Made by a program: the position numbers and the translations under genes. Below are positions 62,090 to 64,000 of a stretch of 64,000 nucleotides of DNA, in pieces (position 1 is the first letter of the stretch; each line of letters begins with the position of its first letter). Origin of the DNA: Sphyrna mokarran. Lineage: Eukaryota. The notes beneath the pieces were generated by a model that had not been told where the DNA came from, did no database searches, and saw only the letters and a program-made list of their open reading frames with translations. The stretch lies in contig JAGIQG010000043.1 of NCBI GenBank assembly GCA_024679065.1, positions 930,001-994,000 on the forward strand, written 5' to 3'.

Positions 62090-64000
62090 ACATAGAACAT
62101 AGAACATAGAACATAGAACATTACAGCGCAGAACAGGCCCTTCGGCCTTCGATGTTGCGCCGACCAATATAAAAAGCAATGCCCCTCCAAACTAAACCAT
62201 TCCCTTCTCTTCCATATACTTATCAACTAACCTCTTAAACGCCACCAAACTTGGCGCATCTACAACTGCTGCAGGCAGGGCATTCCACTCCCGAACCACC
62301 CTTTGGGTAAAGAACCTACCTCTGATATCCGTCCTATAACTATCACCCCTTAATTTAAAGCTGTGTCCCCTCGTGCTAGCTTTTCCCATCCTAGGAAAAA
62401 GGCTATCACTGTCCACCCTATCTAAACCTCTAATCAGCTTATATGTTTCGATTAGGTCCCCTCTTAGCCGCCTCCTTTCTAACGAAAACAACCTCAAATC
62501 CCTCAGCCTCTCCTCATAAGACCTGCCCTCCATACCAGGCAACATCCTGGTAAACCTCCTCTGTACCCTCTCCAATGCCTCCACATCTTTCTTATAATGC
62601 GGGGACCAGAACTGCACACAATACTCCAAGTGCGGCCGCACTAGAGTTTTGTACAGTTGCAACATGATGTTGCGGCTCCGAAATTCAATCCCTCTACCAA
62701 TAAAAGCCAAGACTCCATATGCCTTTCTAACAACCTTCTCGACCTGACTGCCTACTTTCAGGGATCTATGCACATACACACCAAGATCCCTCTGTTCATC
62801 TAGACTACTAAGAATCCTACCATTTGCCCTATACTCTACAAATTTATTATTTCTGCCATAGTGCATTACCTCACACTTTTCCACATTAAACTCCATTTGC
62901 CACCTCTCGGCCCAGCTCTGCAACTTGTCCAAGTCCCTCTGCAAACTATAACACCTCTTTCCACTATCTACCACTCCACCGACTTTAGTGTCATCTGCAA
63001 ATTTACTAATCCATCCTTCAATACCCTCATCCAGATCATTTATAAAAATTACAAACAGCAGGGGCCCCAAAACAGACCCCTGAGGTACACCACTTGTCAC
63101 CGAACTCCAAGATGAATATCTCCCATCAACCACCACCCTCTGTCTTCTATCTGCTAGCCAATTCCTAACCTAATTAGCTAAATCACCCTCTATCCCATAC
63201 ATCTGCATTTTCTGCAGAAGTCTTCCATGGGCCACCTTATCAAACGCCTTACTAAAGTCCATATATACCACATCAACCGCCTTACCCCCATCCACCTCCT
63301 TAGTCACTTTTTCAAAAAACTCAATGAGGTTAATAAGGCACGACCTACCCTTCACAAAACCATGCTGACTATCTCCAATCAATTCATTACTCTCTAAATA
63401 ACTATAAATCCTATCCCTAATTATTCTCTCCAACACATTGCCCACCACAGAAGTAAGACTCACTGGCCTATAATTCCCTGGTAGGTCTCTCTTCCCCTTC
63501 TTGAACAACGGGACCACATTCACTATTGTCCAGTCCACCGGAACCACACCCGTAACCAACGACGACTTGAAGAACAGAGCCAGAGGCTCTGCAATCTCCT
63601 CTCTTGCCTCCCAGAGAATCCTAGGGTAAATCCCGTCCGGCCCAGGGGACTTATCCAACTTCAAACCCTCGAGAATATCTAGCACACCCTCCCTATCTAC
63701 TTCGATAGCTTCCAGTTTGCTACCCTGTGCCTCAGTGTTCTCCATAACTACATTTACATCACCCTGCGTGAATACCGAAGAGAAATATTTATTCAGTACC
63801 TCTCCAATCTCTTCAGGCTCCACGCACAACTTCCCACTGCTGTCTATGACTGGCCCTAATCTTGTCCTAACCAATCTTCTATTCTTAACATATCTAAAGA
63901 AAGCTTTAGGATTCTCCCTAATCCTATCAGCCAAAGTCTTCTCGTGTCCTCTCTTTGCTCTCCTCAATTCACTCTTTAGCTCCCTCCTGGCTAATCTATA
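62090..64000 (-). mobile_element. Young CR1 (ORF2 RT half), continuing beyond the window
   Basis: ORFs 63967-63170 and 63136-62192, with one stop codon between them; tail present. Confidence 0.95.

Overview
This is vertebrate genomic DNA, most likely from a cartilaginous fish (inferred from the dense CR1/HER1-type LINEs with (GTTCTAT)n tails and the HE1/V-SINE-type SINEs). Most of the window is retroelement-derived. The unique sequence holds a cluster of non-rearranging, antigen-receptor-like Ig-superfamily genes. In each, a germline-fused V+J exon is followed by a C1-set exon, a Cys-containing connecting peptide/TM exon and tyrosine-motif cytoplasmic exons. Gene A (+, 2841-7195; leader upstream of the window) has an FGNG J motif, a TM Arg and a C-terminal ITIM (ILYAGL). 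Gene B (-, 29895-20072) could be assembled by hand into 8 exons and 342 aa, with a neutral TM and a tail carrying YGN and YASL. A third gene (A-type paralog) starts with a leader exon at 58955-58997, just upstream of a segmental duplicate of the intron preceding gene A's V exon. The layout A(+) B(-) A'(+) suggests repeated two-chain units, possibly a germline-encoded TCR-like heterodimer (inference). Also notable: a young full-length CR1 (51248-56803) with about 7 tandem 221-bp TATA/Inr monomers at its 5' end, nested antisense in a copy of its own family, and a chimeric CR1 that carries a V-SINE in its 3' UTR and moves as one unit (4 copies). Exon models come from manual GT/AG and phase analysis only. 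Repeat boundaries are approximate.
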